From: Fibrobacteria bacterium
GTDB taxonomy: Bacteria; Fibrobacterota; Fibrobacteria; UBA11236
Assembly: GCA_043745805.1 (NCBI GenBank)
Contig: JAYTSD010000008.1
Coordinates: 1-64,000 of the forward strand
Length of the DNA stretch: 64,000 nt
Reading direction: 5' to 3'
Shown: one piece after another, positions 31,660-42,382 of the stretch
How the letters are laid out: each line of letters opens with the position of its first letter
Numbering within the stretch: position 1 is the stretch's first letter
Position numbers and translations under genes: made by a program
Notes under the pieces: generated by a model
What the model saw: only the letters and a program-made list of their open reading frames with translations
Database searches by the model: none
Told to the model about the DNA's origin: nothing

Positions 31660-32589
31660 GTGATTGTTGCAGAAATACTCAAAAAAATAAATCTCGATCG
31701 CTTAGAAACACGCACCATTATGCTTGACGGCCAAAGTGCCTTAGTGGAAAAAATTACAGATCGAGAAATCCGTTGTCTTACGAATTCTCCTTTGCCTCCC
31801 CATTTTAACATTCAAATATATATTGCTTCGGTACTGCAAGAAAGCGATAGTGCCATCTCAGGAAGTTTTTATTTCACCGCAGAACTTTTATCCCAAAAGC
31901 AACAAGGCTTTAATTTTTTAACGCATTTAAAAGTGACTACACTCGATGAGCAAATAAAAAACCGTAAGGGAAATCGCATTAAGGTTTTTAATTTAAGCTT
32001 AACCTTTACCCTCGAAAATTCATCGCAAAAACATTTATTTCCATTGTGGGACATCAGTAGTAATGGCATATCGGGGATTCCTCCTATACCCATTGAAAAT
32101 GATCAAATTCTTCTATTTGAAGGTTTAGATCAATTCTTCCCTGACTTGCCCAAAACCATACCCTATCGAAGTAAATCTAAAATCATGAGCCATGGAATTG
32201 GTTTACAAATCGAAAGTAAAAGTGTGTTCATATTAAATTGTATCAATAGTATTTATCAAGAATTAGAAAAAGCCTCACGTTACTTTGACACTTTATTATT
32301 GCATGCTAATAGCTTAAGCAAAAGAATGTTTTTAGAAGAAGGGCTTATGTCCATTGAATTTCTCGACCGTCAATTAAGTCGAAAAAAGCATATTTTAGAA
32401 GTATTCATGCCTCAGGAAGATTTTCGGGTTTTTGTAGAAACCATTAATTACCAGGCAGAATTTATTAAAGCAAAAAAAGATCTTGAAGAAAATACCAAAC
32501 GAGTGGAGCGCATGCGGCAACATGCCTCTGAGAATAATGATACAATATGCATGTTATTAGATCAATTAAGCAAAAATGATATTAAATAG
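31660..32589 (+). CDS. PilZ-like domain protein
   Basis: RKGNR (RxxxR) and DISSNG (DxSxxG) motifs; helical C-terminus. Confidence 0.55.
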   Translation: MIVAEILKKINLDRLETRTIMLDGQSALVEKITDREIRCLTNSPLPPHFNIQIYIASVLQESDSAISGSFYFTAELLSQKQQGFNFLTHLKVTTLDEQIKNRKGNRIKVFNLSLTFTLENSSQKHLFPLWDISSNGISGIPPIPIENDQILLFEGLDQFFPDLPKTIPYRSKSKIMSHGIGLQIESKSVFILNCINSIYQELEKASRYFDTLLLHANSLSKRMFLEEGLMSIEFLDRQLSRKKHILEVFMPQEDFRVFVETINYQAEFIKAKKDLEENTKRVERMRQHASENNDTICMLLDQLSKNDIK

Positions 32590-32677
32590 TCTCCAAAAAA
32601 TACACCTACCGCATGGCTTACCAGTCATTGTTAGTAACTATATATTAAGCCATTTTATATTGGGACTAGGCTAATCT

Positions 32678-33151
32678 ATGCCAACTAATGTTAAAGTAGA
32701 ACATATTAATCCCTTCATCACTTCAACAAAATCGACATTTTCCACTATGTTAAGCACAGAAGTTGTTACTGGAAAATTGTATTTAAAAAAAGGCATGGCT
32801 TTGGAGCATGATTTATCGGCAGTAATTCGATTATCAGGAGGTGCAAAGGGAGCGGTAATACTTGGTTTTCAAAAAATTCAGGCCTTAAAGATTGCGAGTA
32901 CCTTTGCTGGTCAAAAACTTTTTGCCTTAAGAGAAGACGCAGCAGATGCTTTAGGCGAATTAGGAAGTATCATCGCCGGGTCTGCAAAAAAAGATTTATC
33001 ACAATACAAAATCAATATTTCCCTACCAGAAGTAATACTTAATGGAAACCCTAAATGCAATTCTGTGATTAATTCTGTAGCTTTAGTGATGCCATTTGAA
33101 TGTAGTTTAGGTTCCTTTGATTTAACTGTTTCATTTGTAAGTAATGATTAA
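32678..33151 (+). CDS. cheX: CheX paralog with degenerate active site
   Basis: Clear similarity to the adjacent CheX; ELGS replaces ExxN. Confidence 0.8.
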   Translation: MPTNVKVEHINPFITSTKSTFSTMLSTEVVTGKLYLKKGMALEHDLSAVIRLSGGAKGAVILGFQKIQALKIASTFAGQKLFALREDAADALGELGSIIAGSAKKDLSQYKINISLPEVILNGNPKCNSVINSVALVMPFECSLGSFDLTVSFVSND

Positions 33152-33213
33152 AAATTTATTGCATTTTCTAATAACCATGATCTATACTAAATCATTTTCC
33201 GAAAGAGAGCGCT

Positions 33214-33690
33214 ATGGCAAATATATCGGTGAAAGTGGAACATGTGAATCCCTTCATACAATCTACAATGGAAACATTTACTAAAATGGTGGGAATATCC
33301 GCGAAGCCGGGTAAAATCCAATTAAAGCAATCCTCCGCTTTATCATATGATATCAGTGGTATCATTGGATTATCGGGTGGGGCGAAGGGAATGATAGCTT
33401 TAAGCTTTCCCAAAGCTACCGCAATAAAAGTTACCAATAAATTTGTGGGTGTAGATAATACCGAAATGAATGATGACACCGTGGATGCTATGGGTGAATT
33501 AGCAAATATTGTAGCAGGAAATGCTAAAAAGGGCTTGAGTGAATTTAACATTAATATTTCCTTGCCTAGCGTAGTTATGGGTGAACAGCATCAAGTAAAG
33601 GAACCTAAAGATGTATTTTCATTTATTGTTCCTTTTACTACTGAATTAGGGAATTTCGATTTGGCCGTTAGCCTTAAAAGTGAAACTTAA
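33214..33690 (+). CDS. cheX: Chemotaxis phosphatase CheX
   Basis: ISGIIGLSG, DAMGELANIVAGNAK, ISLPSVV. Confidence 0.93.
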   Translation: MANISVKVEHVNPFIQSTMETFTKMVGISAKPGKIQLKQSSALSYDISGIIGLSGGAKGMIALSFPKATAIKVTNKFVGVDNTEMNDDTVDAMGELANIVAGNAKKGLSEFNINISLPSVVMGEQHQVKEPKDVFSFIVPFTTELGNFDLAVSLKSET

Positions 33691-33704
33691 GAGAGGAATA
33701 CATA

Positions 33705-34070
33705 ATGAAAATATTATTAGCAGATGATTCCAGCACTATGCGTAGAATACAAAAAAACACTTTATCAAAAATTGGTTATACCGATGTCGATGAAGCAGAA
33801 GATGGAGCGGATGCCGTCAAAAAAGTAGTAGCCGGCAAATACGATTTGGTTTTAATGGATTGGAATATGCCTAATATGACTGGCATTGAAGCTTTAAAGA
33901 AAATCAAAGAAATGCCTCAATACAAAACACTTCCCGTAATTATGGTTACTTCGGAATCCGAAAAAACTCGTATTTTGGAAGCAATTCAGGCAGGTGCCGC
34001 AAATTATGTGGTTAAACCCTTTCAACCAGAAACCTTGGAAGAAAAAATTAACGCCATATTTAAAAAATAA
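33705..34070 (+). CDS. cheY: Chemotaxis response regulator CheY
   Basis: ADDSSTMRRI, MDWNMPNMTG, YVVKPF. Confidence 0.95.
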   Translation: MKILLADDSSTMRRIQKNTLSKIGYTDVDEAEDGADAVKKVVAGKYDLVLMDWNMPNMTGIEALKKIKEMPQYKTLPVIMVTSESEKTRILEAIQAGAANYVVKPFQPETLEEKINAIFKK

Positions 34071-34075
34071 ATATC

Positions 34076-34103
34076 TTGCCTTAGTGATTTTTTTCTAAGG
34101 CAA
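34076..34103. terminator. Hairpin after cheY
   Basis: TTGCCTTAG-N10-CTAAGGCAA. Confidence 0.45.
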
Positions 34104-34166
34104 AAGTCTGTTTTGGTTGTACTAGTTATTTTATTTGACTTGATTTTTTTTGTTATAGGATAACTT

Positions 34167-34658
34167 TTGAGCGAAGAAAAAGCAAATAACCCTGAAGTTA
34201 ACCCAGCTGAAAATACTGCGGTAAATAATGCAGTGAGTCAATCAAATGAATCGCCAATCATACTGATTGTCGAAGACAATAATCTACAAATCCGAACCTA
34301 TCAGCAAATGTTTAAAGGCTCTAAGGACTTACAGAAATATAAATTGGTTGTTGCCAATGATGGTAATTCAGCTTTGCAAATATTACAGGCAAGTAAAAAA
34401 TCTGATAAACCAGTATTAATTCTTTTAGATTCAGTTATGACGGGTTTAAGCGGTCCCAGTTTTTTAGTCCATATCAAAAAAGATGCGCGTTGGAATAAGA
34501 TTCCAGTTATTATGGCCAGTAGTAATGGTGGACGTGAAGCGGTCGTTGATGCCTATAGTAAGGGTGCCGCCGATTATATCATAAAACCCATAGAGGTAAA
34601 TTTATTAATTATAAAGATTAATAAAATACTTAATAAAGTTCCTGATAAAACCCCTTAG
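34167..34658 (+). CDS. Single-domain response regulator with N-terminal low-complexity extension
   Basis: IVEDN, LLDSVM, DYIIKP. Confidence 0.85.
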   Translation: MSEEKANNPEVNPAENTAVNNAVSQSNESPIILIVEDNNLQIRTYQQMFKGSKDLQKYKLVVANDGNSALQILQASKKSDKPVLILLDSVMTGLSGPSFLVHIKKDARWNKIPVIMASSNGGREAVVDAYSKGAADYIIKPIEVNLLIIKINKILNKVPDKTP

Positions 34659-34777
34659 CTTTTCCATTCTAAATTTCCAATTCATTCTCGAAAAAAAAAT
34701 AATGCTCTACATATTTTTTTATGGTCGTTTTTTTTTCCAAGGTGTAACATAAAGCGTCAATAACCCTAGGGGAAATT

Positions 34778-37084
34778 ATGTCCGCTTCCGAAATGGATGA
34801 TATTATCAAAGACTTTCTCATGGAAAGTTATGAAAACTTAGACACCTTAGATCGTGATTTTATTGCCCTAGAAGAAAATCCCACTGATAAAGATAAATTG
34901 GGTAGTATTTTTCGCACAATTCATTCAATAAAAGGAACCTGCGGATTTTTGGGATTTAGTAAACTTGAAAAAGTAGCGCATACGGGTGAAAATTTATTAT
35001 CCAAATTGCGGGACGGGCAAATGGCACTCAGTCCTCAAATCACTAGTGCTTTATTAAATCTTGTGGATGCGGTTCGCCAAATTTTAGGACATATTGAAAA
35101 TGAACATCAAGAAGGCGGTGAAGATTTTACACCACTTATTCAAAAGCTAACAGTTTTATATAGCGGTGTGGCTGTTGAAATACCAAGTGTAAAACCCATT
35201 GGAGAAATCTTAGTGGAGGGCGGGAAAATTCAGCCCGAACAATTAGCCGTGGCCATTCAAGCCCAGCAAGACGGTGACCCACGCCATGTGGGAGAAATTC
35301 TAATTGAAAAGGGTTCCGTGGAATCCGGTGCAGTAAAAGAAGCGCTACAAGAACAAAAAACTGCTCAAGGCAAGGTAACTTCTATTTCCGAAAGTACTTT
35401 GCGTGTCGAAGTAAATTTATTAGATAAATTAATGAATCGCGTTGGTGAATTAGTACTTTCTCGCAATGAACTAAATGCTCTATCAGCTCTAAGTCAGAAC
35501 CCTGCATTAGTGGCGGCCACACAAAGATTGAATCATATTACTTCTGAATTGCAAGAAGGCTTGATGAAAACTCGCATGCAACCAATTAGTTCGGTATGGG
35601 GAAAGTTTCCACGTGTGGTACGTGATTTATCTCAAGCATTGGGTAAAAATATTCGCTTGGAAATGGAAGGTCAAGAAACCGAACTTGATAAAAGTTTATT
35701 GGAAGCCATTAAAGACCCATTAACTCACATGGTACGTAACTCCGTGGATCATGGAATCGAAATGCCAGAAAAGCGATTAGCCGGAGGCAAACCATCCGAA
35801 GGTAAACTCTCCTTACGCGCCTTTCATGAAGGCGGCCAAGTTATTATTGAAATCATTGATGATGGCGGAGGAATATCTGCTGAAAAGATAAAATCAAAAG
35901 CATTAGAGAAAGGTTTAATCTCTGCTGATCAAGCGCATAATATGTCGGAAAAAGAAGCATTGGATCTTATTTTCTTACCAGGTTTTTCTACTGCTGAAAA
36001 AGTCACCAATGTTTCGGGGCGTGGCGTAGGTATGGATGTTGTGCGCACTAATATTGAAAAAATTTCTGGCTCGGTAGAAATTCAAAGTAAAATGGGACAA
36101 GGCTCAACCTTTAAAATTAAAATCCCCTTAACCTTAGCCATCATCCCTGCACTTTTAATCAAATGTCGAGCGCAATCGTTTTCCATCCCTCAAGTAAATT
36201 TATTAGAACTTATTCGTGTAGAAGGTGAGAAAATTAAACAGTCTATAGAATATATTGATGGATCTTCAGTATATCGCTTACGCGGAAATTTATTGCCCTT
36301 AATTCATTTGGAAGAAGCGCTTCAATTAGGCATACCTGAAAAAAATCCAGAAACAATTCATATTGTTGTTCTACAGGCGGATGAACATCAATTCGGACTA
36401 GTTGTAGATAAAATTTTGGATAGCCAAGAAATTGTGGTAAAGCCGCTTGATAAACATTTGGCAGATTTGGAAGTCTATGCGGGTGCAACCATATTAGGTA
36501 CCGGAAAAGTTTCCCTTATTTTAGATGTGATGGGTGTCGCACGAAAATCGAATATTTTCTCAAGTGCTCGAGGTAGGCCTAGCCTCGAAAAAAAGGAAAA
36601 CAAAGATATCCATTCGGATTTACAATCACTTTTAGTTTTCCGTAGTAAGGATGACGGGCGGATTGCCGTGCCCTTGGAAAATGTAATTCGCTTAGAAGAG
36701 CTTCCCGCCAACACCATTGAACATTCTGGGGATCAGGATGTAATTCAATACCGTGAAAGTATTTTACCCCTTTTCTTTGTAGAGAAATTGTTACCCGAAA
36801 GGCGCAAACGCGAAAGAGACAAAGCTGAACTCACGGGTGATATTCCCGTGATCATTTATCGCTTAGCTGGTAATCGTTCAATAGGATTAGTTGTAGGACA
36901 AATAGTCGACATTGTGGAAACTGCTTTGGAAGTAAAACAGCCTCCTGCTCGTGAAGGTGTACTATTTTCATCGATCATTGAAGGCCGAGTAACAGAAATG
37001 CTAGATGTAGATTACTTAGCTAAGAAAAAAGACCCGCACTTTTTTGAACGTCAAATTAAACTTTCCAATGAGGACAAAGTATGA
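34778..37084 (+). CDS. cheA: Chemotaxis kinase CheA (Hpt, MshEN-like insert, dimerisation, HATPase, two CheW domains)
   Basis: FRTIHSIKG, RNSVDHGIE, SGRGVGMDVV, two CheW-like domains. Confidence 0.97.
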   Translation: MSASEMDDIIKDFLMESYENLDTLDRDFIALEENPTDKDKLGSIFRTIHSIKGTCGFLGFSKLEKVAHTGENLLSKLRDGQMALSPQITSALLNLVDAVRQILGHIENEHQEGGEDFTPLIQKLTVLYSGVAVEIPSVKPIGEILVEGGKIQPEQLAVAIQAQQDGDPRHVGEILIEKGSVESGAVKEALQEQKTAQGKVTSISESTLRVEVNLLDKLMNRVGELVLSRNELNALSALSQNPALVAATQRLNHITSELQEGLMKTRMQPISSVWGKFPRVVRDLSQALGKNIRLEMEGQETELDKSLLEAIKDPLTHMVRNSVDHGIEMPEKRLAGGKPSEGKLSLRAFHEGGQVIIEIIDDGGGISAEKIKSKALEKGLISADQAHNMSEKEALDLIFLPGFSTAEKVTNVSGRGVGMDVVRTNIEKISGSVEIQSKMGQGSTFKIKIPLTLAIIPALLIKCRAQSFSIPQVNLLELIRVEGEKIKQSIEYIDGSSVYRLRGNLLPLIHLEEALQLGIPEKNPETIHIVVLQADEHQFGLVVDKILDSQEIVVKPLDKHLADLEVYAGATILGTGKVSLILDVMGVARKSNIFSSARGRPSLEKKENKDIHSDLQSLLVFRSKDDGRIAVPLENVIRLEELPANTIEHSGDQDVIQYRESILPLFFVEKLLPERRKRERDKAELTGDIPVIIYRLAGNRSIGLVVGQIVDIVETALEVKQPPAREGVLFSSIIEGRVTEMLDVDYLAKKKDPHFFERQIKLSNEDKV

Positions 37085-37500
37085 GTCGTCAATTTTGCAC
37101 ATTTTATTTAGAAGATATGTTGTTTGGCATTGACATCAATGAAATACAAGAAATTTTACGGCCCGCTGAACTTATGCCGGTTCCCTTGGCGAAAAAAGTA
37201 ATTGGAGGTCTGCTAAATTTACGCGGACAAATTTTATTAACTGTAAATCTTCGAGAAAAACTTGGCCTCTCTGCACGCGCCATCGATAAAAAACCCATGA
37301 ATGTAATTTTGCGAACACCCGATGGAGCGGTGAGTTTAGAAGTTGATAAAATTGGGGATGTAGTAGAAGCTGATGAAAAAAGACGCGATCCAGTACCGAA
37401 TCATTTACATGAAATTGTACAAAAGAATTTGAGCGAAGTTTATTTATTGCAAGATAAGCTTTTGCTCGTTATGGATACCGAACGTATTATGGATTTTTAA
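37081..37500 (+). CDS. cheW: Chemotaxis coupling protein CheW
   Basis: QFCTFYL, GLLNLRGQI. Confidence 0.95.
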   Translation: MSRQFCTFYLEDMLFGIDINEIQEILRPAELMPVPLAKKVIGGLLNLRGQILLTVNLREKLGLSARAIDKKPMNVILRTPDGAVSLEVDKIGDVVEADEKRRDPVPNHLHEIVQKNLSEVYLLQDKLLLVMDTERIMDF

Positions 37501-37545
37501 ATTCAGACTAAACAAAAAATTAATTCTTATAAAAGGGAAGTATAA

Positions 37546-39495
37546 TTGCAATTTAAAAGTATTCAAGTAAAACTTATTGTGCTTTTTGGTAGCCTAGCTC
37601 TTTTAGCACCGGCATTAGTCGGTTATTTTGCCTACCATAAAAGTCATAACAAAATACTCCAGAAAAGCGGAGAGTTCCTAACTCTCTCTGCACAACAAAC
37701 TATGGATAAGGTGGAAAGAAATTTATATGAAAGATATGGGGATGCACAATCCTTAGCTTTTTCACCACTAGCTCGCGGCAACGCTAAAGATATTGAAAGC
37801 GCTGCAAATTTTTTTGTGCAATCTTATGGCCAATATGATTTAGCTATGGCCGTTGATTTAGAGGGCAAGGTTATTGCTGTTAATACCGTAAATTATAAAG
37901 GTGAAAAAATTCCTTCCGAAACTTTGATTGGAAAAAGTGTGAAAGGTGAAGCTTGGTTTGAAGCAATTATTTCCGGCAAAATAACCAAAGGCAAAACCTA
38001 TTATTCGGATCTTTATGAAGACGCTTGGGTAAAGGATATTTATCAAAATCAAGGACTTGCCATGAATTTTTCAGCGCCAATATATGATGAAACAGGAAAA
38101 ATAATTCGTATTTGGTCTAATAGAATATCCTGGGAAAGATGTGGCATTGCTATTATGCATTCCTTGCAAGAGATGCTAAAGAAAGACGGCATTCAAACCG
38201 CAGAAACCCAGATAATTTCTAAAGATGGATTAATACTTGAAGATGAGGATCAAAGTGCAATTTTGCATGTTAATCTTAAGGAAAAAGGCCTGCAAGCGGC
38301 AACAAAAGCCATTCAAGGCGAACAAGGTTTCACTCAAGAAATGCATAAAAGAAAAAAAATTATACAAATAAACGGTTATGCTCCCTCGAAAGGCTTTGCA
38401 AGTTACCCTGGCTTAGGGTGGTCTATTTTGGTTCGCCAAAATTTACATGAAGCCTTAAACGAAATTAATGTTATTCGTAATTTTATAATTTTGATAAGCT
38501 TATTAATTGGTGGAGTGGGTATTACGCTTGCCATTTGGACCAGCCAAGGAATTATTCGACCATTAAGAATAATTGTAGAGGCGCTTGCAAAAGTAGCCAA
38601 TGGAGATTTATCCACAAGAATTAAAATTCACAGGCGAGATGAAATTGGGCAAATGGCCACGGCTTTGGATAAATCCTTAGAAAAAATTTCCGGTACTTTT
38701 CAATCTATCAATGTTAGCAGCGCACAAATGTTCAGTTCAGCGGAATCCTTAAATGCAGTAAGTCAAATGATGGGTGCCACTGCAGAAGAAACCTCTGCTC
38801 AAGCAACATCCGTCGCCAGCGAAGCCGATCAAGTTAGCACTAGTGTCAATACTATGGCTTCGGGCACCGAAGAAATGGCTGCGACCATAAAGGAAATCAC
38901 AGAAAATGCAACCTCAGCGGCTACGGTTGCCTTAGATGCTGTGCAAAAAGTACAAATCGCAAATGAAGCCATGACTAGGTTAAATCAAAGCAGTATAAAT
39001 ATTGGAGCTATAATTAAATTAATTAATTCCATTGCCGAACAAACTAATTTACTGGCCTTGAATGCTACAATAGAGGCTGCAAGAGCTGGAGAAGCAGGTA
39101 AAGGCTTTGCCGTAGTGGCCAGTGAAGTAAAAGAACTCGCTAAAGGAACAGCCAATGCCACAGAGGATGTGAATAAACAAGTACTTGCTATTCAAAATGA
39201 AGTGCAATCGGCTATGCAAATGATTCAACAAGTAAATACCACGGTAAATAAAATATCCGATTTGCAAAATATTATTGCTGAAGCAGTCGAGGAGCAAAGT
39301 GCCACCACCAAGGAAATGGGAGGAAGCATCTCACTTGTGGCTAAAGGGAGTAATGAAATTGCTCAAAACATTAAAGGTCTGGCTCAGGCAGCGCAAGACA
39401 CCTCTGAAGGAGCTGCAAAAACGCAATTGGCCTCAACAGAATTAAACCAAATGGCCCTGCATTTAAACCAACTTATTTCTGAATTTAAATGCTAA
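37546..39495 (+). CDS. Methyl-accepting chemotaxis protein, dCache-type sensor
   Basis: TM, Cache-like domain, [33 protein letters not shown]. Confidence 0.95.
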   Translation: MQFKSIQVKLIVLFGSLALLAPALVGYFAYHKSHNKILQKSGEFLTLSAQQTMDKVERNLYERYGDAQSLAFSPLARGNAKDIESAANFFVQSYGQYDLAMAVDLEGKVIAVNTVNYKGEKIPSETLIGKSVKGEAWFEAIISGKITKGKTYYSDLYEDAWVKDIYQNQGLAMNFSAPIYDETGKIIRIWSNRISWERCGIAIMHSLQEMLKKDGIQTAETQIISKDGLILEDEDQSAILHVNLKEKGLQAATKAIQGEQGFTQEMHKRKKIIQINGYAPSKGFASYPGLGWSILVRQNLHEALNEINVIRNFIILISLLIGGVGITLAIWTSQGIIRPLRIIVEALAKVANGDLSTRIKIHRRDEIGQMATALDKSLEKISGTFQSINVSSAQMFSSAESLNAVSQMMGATAEETSAQATSVASEADQVSTSVNTMASGTEEMAATIKEITENATSAATVALDAVQKVQIANEAMTRLNQSSINIGAIIKLINSIAEQTNLLALNATIEAARAGEAGKGFAVVASEVKELAKGTANATEDVNKQVLAIQNEVQSAMQMIQQVNTTVNKISDLQNIIAEAVEEQSATTKEMGGSISLVAKGSNEIAQNIKGLAQAAQDTSEGAAKTQLASTELNQMALHLNQLISEFKC

Positions 39496-39628
39496 TCCAT
39501 TTAATTAGTACTTAACAAAATGAATTAGCATATAAATCATATTGACAATATAGCAAGTCATCAAGAATAATCATTTGTGTTAACTTAAAAATTTTACTGA
39601 TTTTCAAAAATTCCAATTTGGAGTAAAA

Positions 39629-41194
39629 ATGCAATGGACAATTAAAAAACGATTATATGCTTTAAGTCTCGCTGGAATAACATTAGTTATTAGCATGGGT
39701 GTATTAGCAAATCAACAAATTAATACTATTAATAAGCAGACTAAAGTTATGCTTACCGATTTATTAGCTTCGCGCCATCATTCGATAAGTGATATGATGC
39801 ACGATGCTTTACGTGCCGATGTGTTCTCTGCTTTGCTGTCACAAAATGAAGAAGAGAAAAAAAATGCAGTGGAGCATAATAAAGATCATGCAGAAATTTT
39901 TAGACATGAGCAAGAAGAAAATCGCAAATTAGATTTAAATCCTGCTATACGTGCCCTTATAAGTGATGCCGAACCTGCCATTGAAGAGTATATCAAATCT
40001 TCAGAAAAAATCGTGGCGCTCTCCATGCAGGATGCCAAAGCAGGTCATGAAGCATTTCCTGCTTTTGATGCCATATTTAAAATGCTGGAAGAAAAAATGG
40101 GGAAAATGGGTGAGGATATTGCTGCCGCTGCGGATAAAGAAGTTAATCAAAATGACAAGGTTATCAGTAAGTGCCGAAACATTTTAATTGCATTAGGTGT
40201 TTTTGCCACCTTGCTTCTTTCTATTTTTGCGCACTTTATTATGCGCAGTATTATTCTTCCTTTAGGTAAAACTGTGAAAGTTTTAGATGAATTAGCAGAT
40301 GGAAATTTAACTACACGTTTAGACATTAATGGCACCGATGAAATTGGTCAAATGGCTAAAGCCCTTAATCGCAGCATTGAAAACATTAGGATTACCTTAA
40401 AGGCTATTGATGAGCATTCTGAAACCTTATCCTTTTCCTCCAAAGAATTAACTGAAGTCAGCAAACATATGGCCGGTAATGCCGAACATACCTCCAAGCA
40501 AATGGAAGTTGTAGCGCGCGGATCGAATGATGTAAATATAAATGTACAGTCATTGGCCAGCGGCACCGAAGAAATGGGCGCCAGCATCCAAGAAATTGCT
40601 CACACAGCCGGTGATGCGGCCAAGGTAGCCGGTGATGCTGTACAAATGGTAGACCAAGCTAATTTAAGCGTACAACGGTTAGGTGAAAGTAGTAGCCGTA
40701 TTGGCAATATTATTAAAATGATTACTTCCATAGCTGAACAAACCAATTTATTGGCTCTCAATGCTACTATTGAAGCTGCGCGCGCAGGTGAGGCAGGTAA
40801 AGGGTTTGCGGTCGTAGCGAATGAAGTTAAAGAATTAGCCAAAGAAACCGCAAAAGCAACTGATGAAATTAGCAAGCAAGTGGGTGGCATTCAAAGTGAA
40901 ACCCAAAGCACCGTTGAAGTAATGGTAAGAATTAGTGATATTATTAGTAAAATTAGTGAAATGCAAACTACCATTGCCGGAGCAGTAGAAGAACAAAGCG
41001 CCACCACCAAGGAGATTTCGGGTAATATCTCGATGGCAGCACGCGGCAGTTTGGAAATTACGGGAAGCATTGATGATGTGGTTAAAGCGGCTAAAGAGGC
41101 AAATTCTGATTCCGTTAAAAGTTTAGAATCCGCCAATCAATTTGCCCTAATGTCTGATGATTTTAAAAAATTAGTTCATCGCTTTAAGCTCTGA
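39629..41194 (+). CDS. Methyl-accepting chemotaxis protein, four-helix-bundle sensor
   Basis: TM, helical domain ([11 protein letters not shown]), TM, HAMP, MCP signalling domain. Confidence 0.95.
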   Translation: MQWTIKKRLYALSLAGITLVISMGVLANQQINTINKQTKVMLTDLLASRHHSISDMMHDALRADVFSALLSQNEEEKKNAVEHNKDHAEIFRHEQEENRKLDLNPAIRALISDAEPAIEEYIKSSEKIVALSMQDAKAGHEAFPAFDAIFKMLEEKMGKMGEDIAAAADKEVNQNDKVISKCRNILIALGVFATLLLSIFAHFIMRSIILPLGKTVKVLDELADGNLTTRLDINGTDEIGQMAKALNRSIENIRITLKAIDEHSETLSFSSKELTEVSKHMAGNAEHTSKQMEVVARGSNDVNINVQSLASGTEEMGASIQEIAHTAGDAAKVAGDAVQMVDQANLSVQRLGESSSRIGNIIKMITSIAEQTNLLALNATIEAARAGEAGKGFAVVANEVKELAKETAKATDEISKQVGGIQSETQSTVEVMVRISDIISKISEMQTTIAGAVEEQSATTKEISGNISMAARGSLEITGSIDDVVKAAKEANSDSVKSLESANQFALMSDDFKKLVHRFKL

Positions 41195-41291
41195 CATTAG
41201 CAAATTAAAATTTAATTTGCTGCCAATGAGCTCCATAATTATCAGCCGTCTTTTATTAAAAATGAGATAAAATTTTTAAGGTTTTAAATAA

Positions 41292-42365
41292 ATGATTATG
41301 CAAGTAGAAAAAAAGAAAATATTTGTAGTCGACGATACATCCGTAATTCGAATGTTATTAACTAAAATCATTAATTCAGCCCCCGATATGGAAGTAGTTT
41401 CAACCGCCAGTAATGGGCGTTTCGCCTTAGAAAAATTAAAAAGCATAAAACCAGACTTAATCATTTTGGATCAGGAAATGCCAGAAATGGACGGCATGGA
41501 AACATTAACTCACGTGTTACAGGTATTTCCAAAAATGCCGGTCATAATGTTTAGCGCGCTTTCGGAAAAAGGTGGAAAATTTACCTTAGATGCTTTAGCT
41601 AAAGGTGCGGCGGATTATTTATCCAAGCCCGCCAATATGGGGAGCCCTGAGCAAGCCACTGAATATGTGAGTCAACAGCTTTTGCCAAAAATTCGTTCAC
41701 TTTTAAAAATGGTGAAAACTGAAGAAAAAAAACATTTTGCTCCATTAACCCCTTCCCCATTCAAATCAAACTCTAACCGTAAACTTATTAGTAAAATTAA
41801 AATTATCGCTATCGGTGTTTCAACCGGTGGTCCAAATGCATTGGCCGAATTAATGCCTAGGTTTCCCAAAAATTTATCTGTGCCTATTGTGATTGTACAA
41901 CATATGCCTCCCATTTTTACTCGTCTCTTGGCGGAAAGATTAACTACTAAATGCCAAATCCCTATTTATGAAGGCATACCGGGCATGTTACTCGAACCCG
42001 GCAAAGCCTATTTGGCCCCCGGTGATTATCATATGGTATTAGAACAAAATGGAAATAAGGTGCAAATCGGAACTCAACAAGAAGCGCCTGAAAATTCTTG
42101 TCGTCCAGCTGTCGATGTTTTATTCAGAAGTGTAGCGAAAATTTATGGCTCCTCCACTTTAGGCGTTATTCTTACGGGAATGGGGCAAGATGGCCTTATT
42201 GGATCACAACTCATTAAAGCACAGGGCGGCTATATTTTAGCGCAAGATGAGGCTAGCAGCGTAGTTTGGGGCATGCCAGGTGCAGTATCTAAGCATGGTG
42301 TTGCTGAAGAAATTTTACCGCTTAATCAAATCGGCGAAAGAGTCATGCAAATTTTATTAAAATAA
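41292..42365 (+). CDS. cheB: Chemotaxis methylesterase CheB
   Basis: REC domain; GVSTGGP, VQHMP, LTGMGQDG. Confidence 0.97.
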   Translation: MIMQVEKKKIFVVDDTSVIRMLLTKIINSAPDMEVVSTASNGRFALEKLKSIKPDLIILDQEMPEMDGMETLTHVLQVFPKMPVIMFSALSEKGGKFTLDALAKGAADYLSKPANMGSPEQATEYVSQQLLPKIRSLLKMVKTEEKKHFAPLTPSPFKSNSNRKLISKIKIIAIGVSTGGPNALAELMPRFPKNLSVPIVIVQHMPPIFTRLLAERLTTKCQIPIYEGIPGMLLEPGKAYLAPGDYHMVLEQNGNKVQIGTQQEAPENSCRPAVDVLFRSVAKIYGSSTLGVILTGMGQDGLIGSQLIKAQGGYILAQDEASSVVWGMPGAVSKHGVAEEILPLNQIGERVMQILLK

Positions 42366-42382
42366 AAAATCACTGCGCCAGT

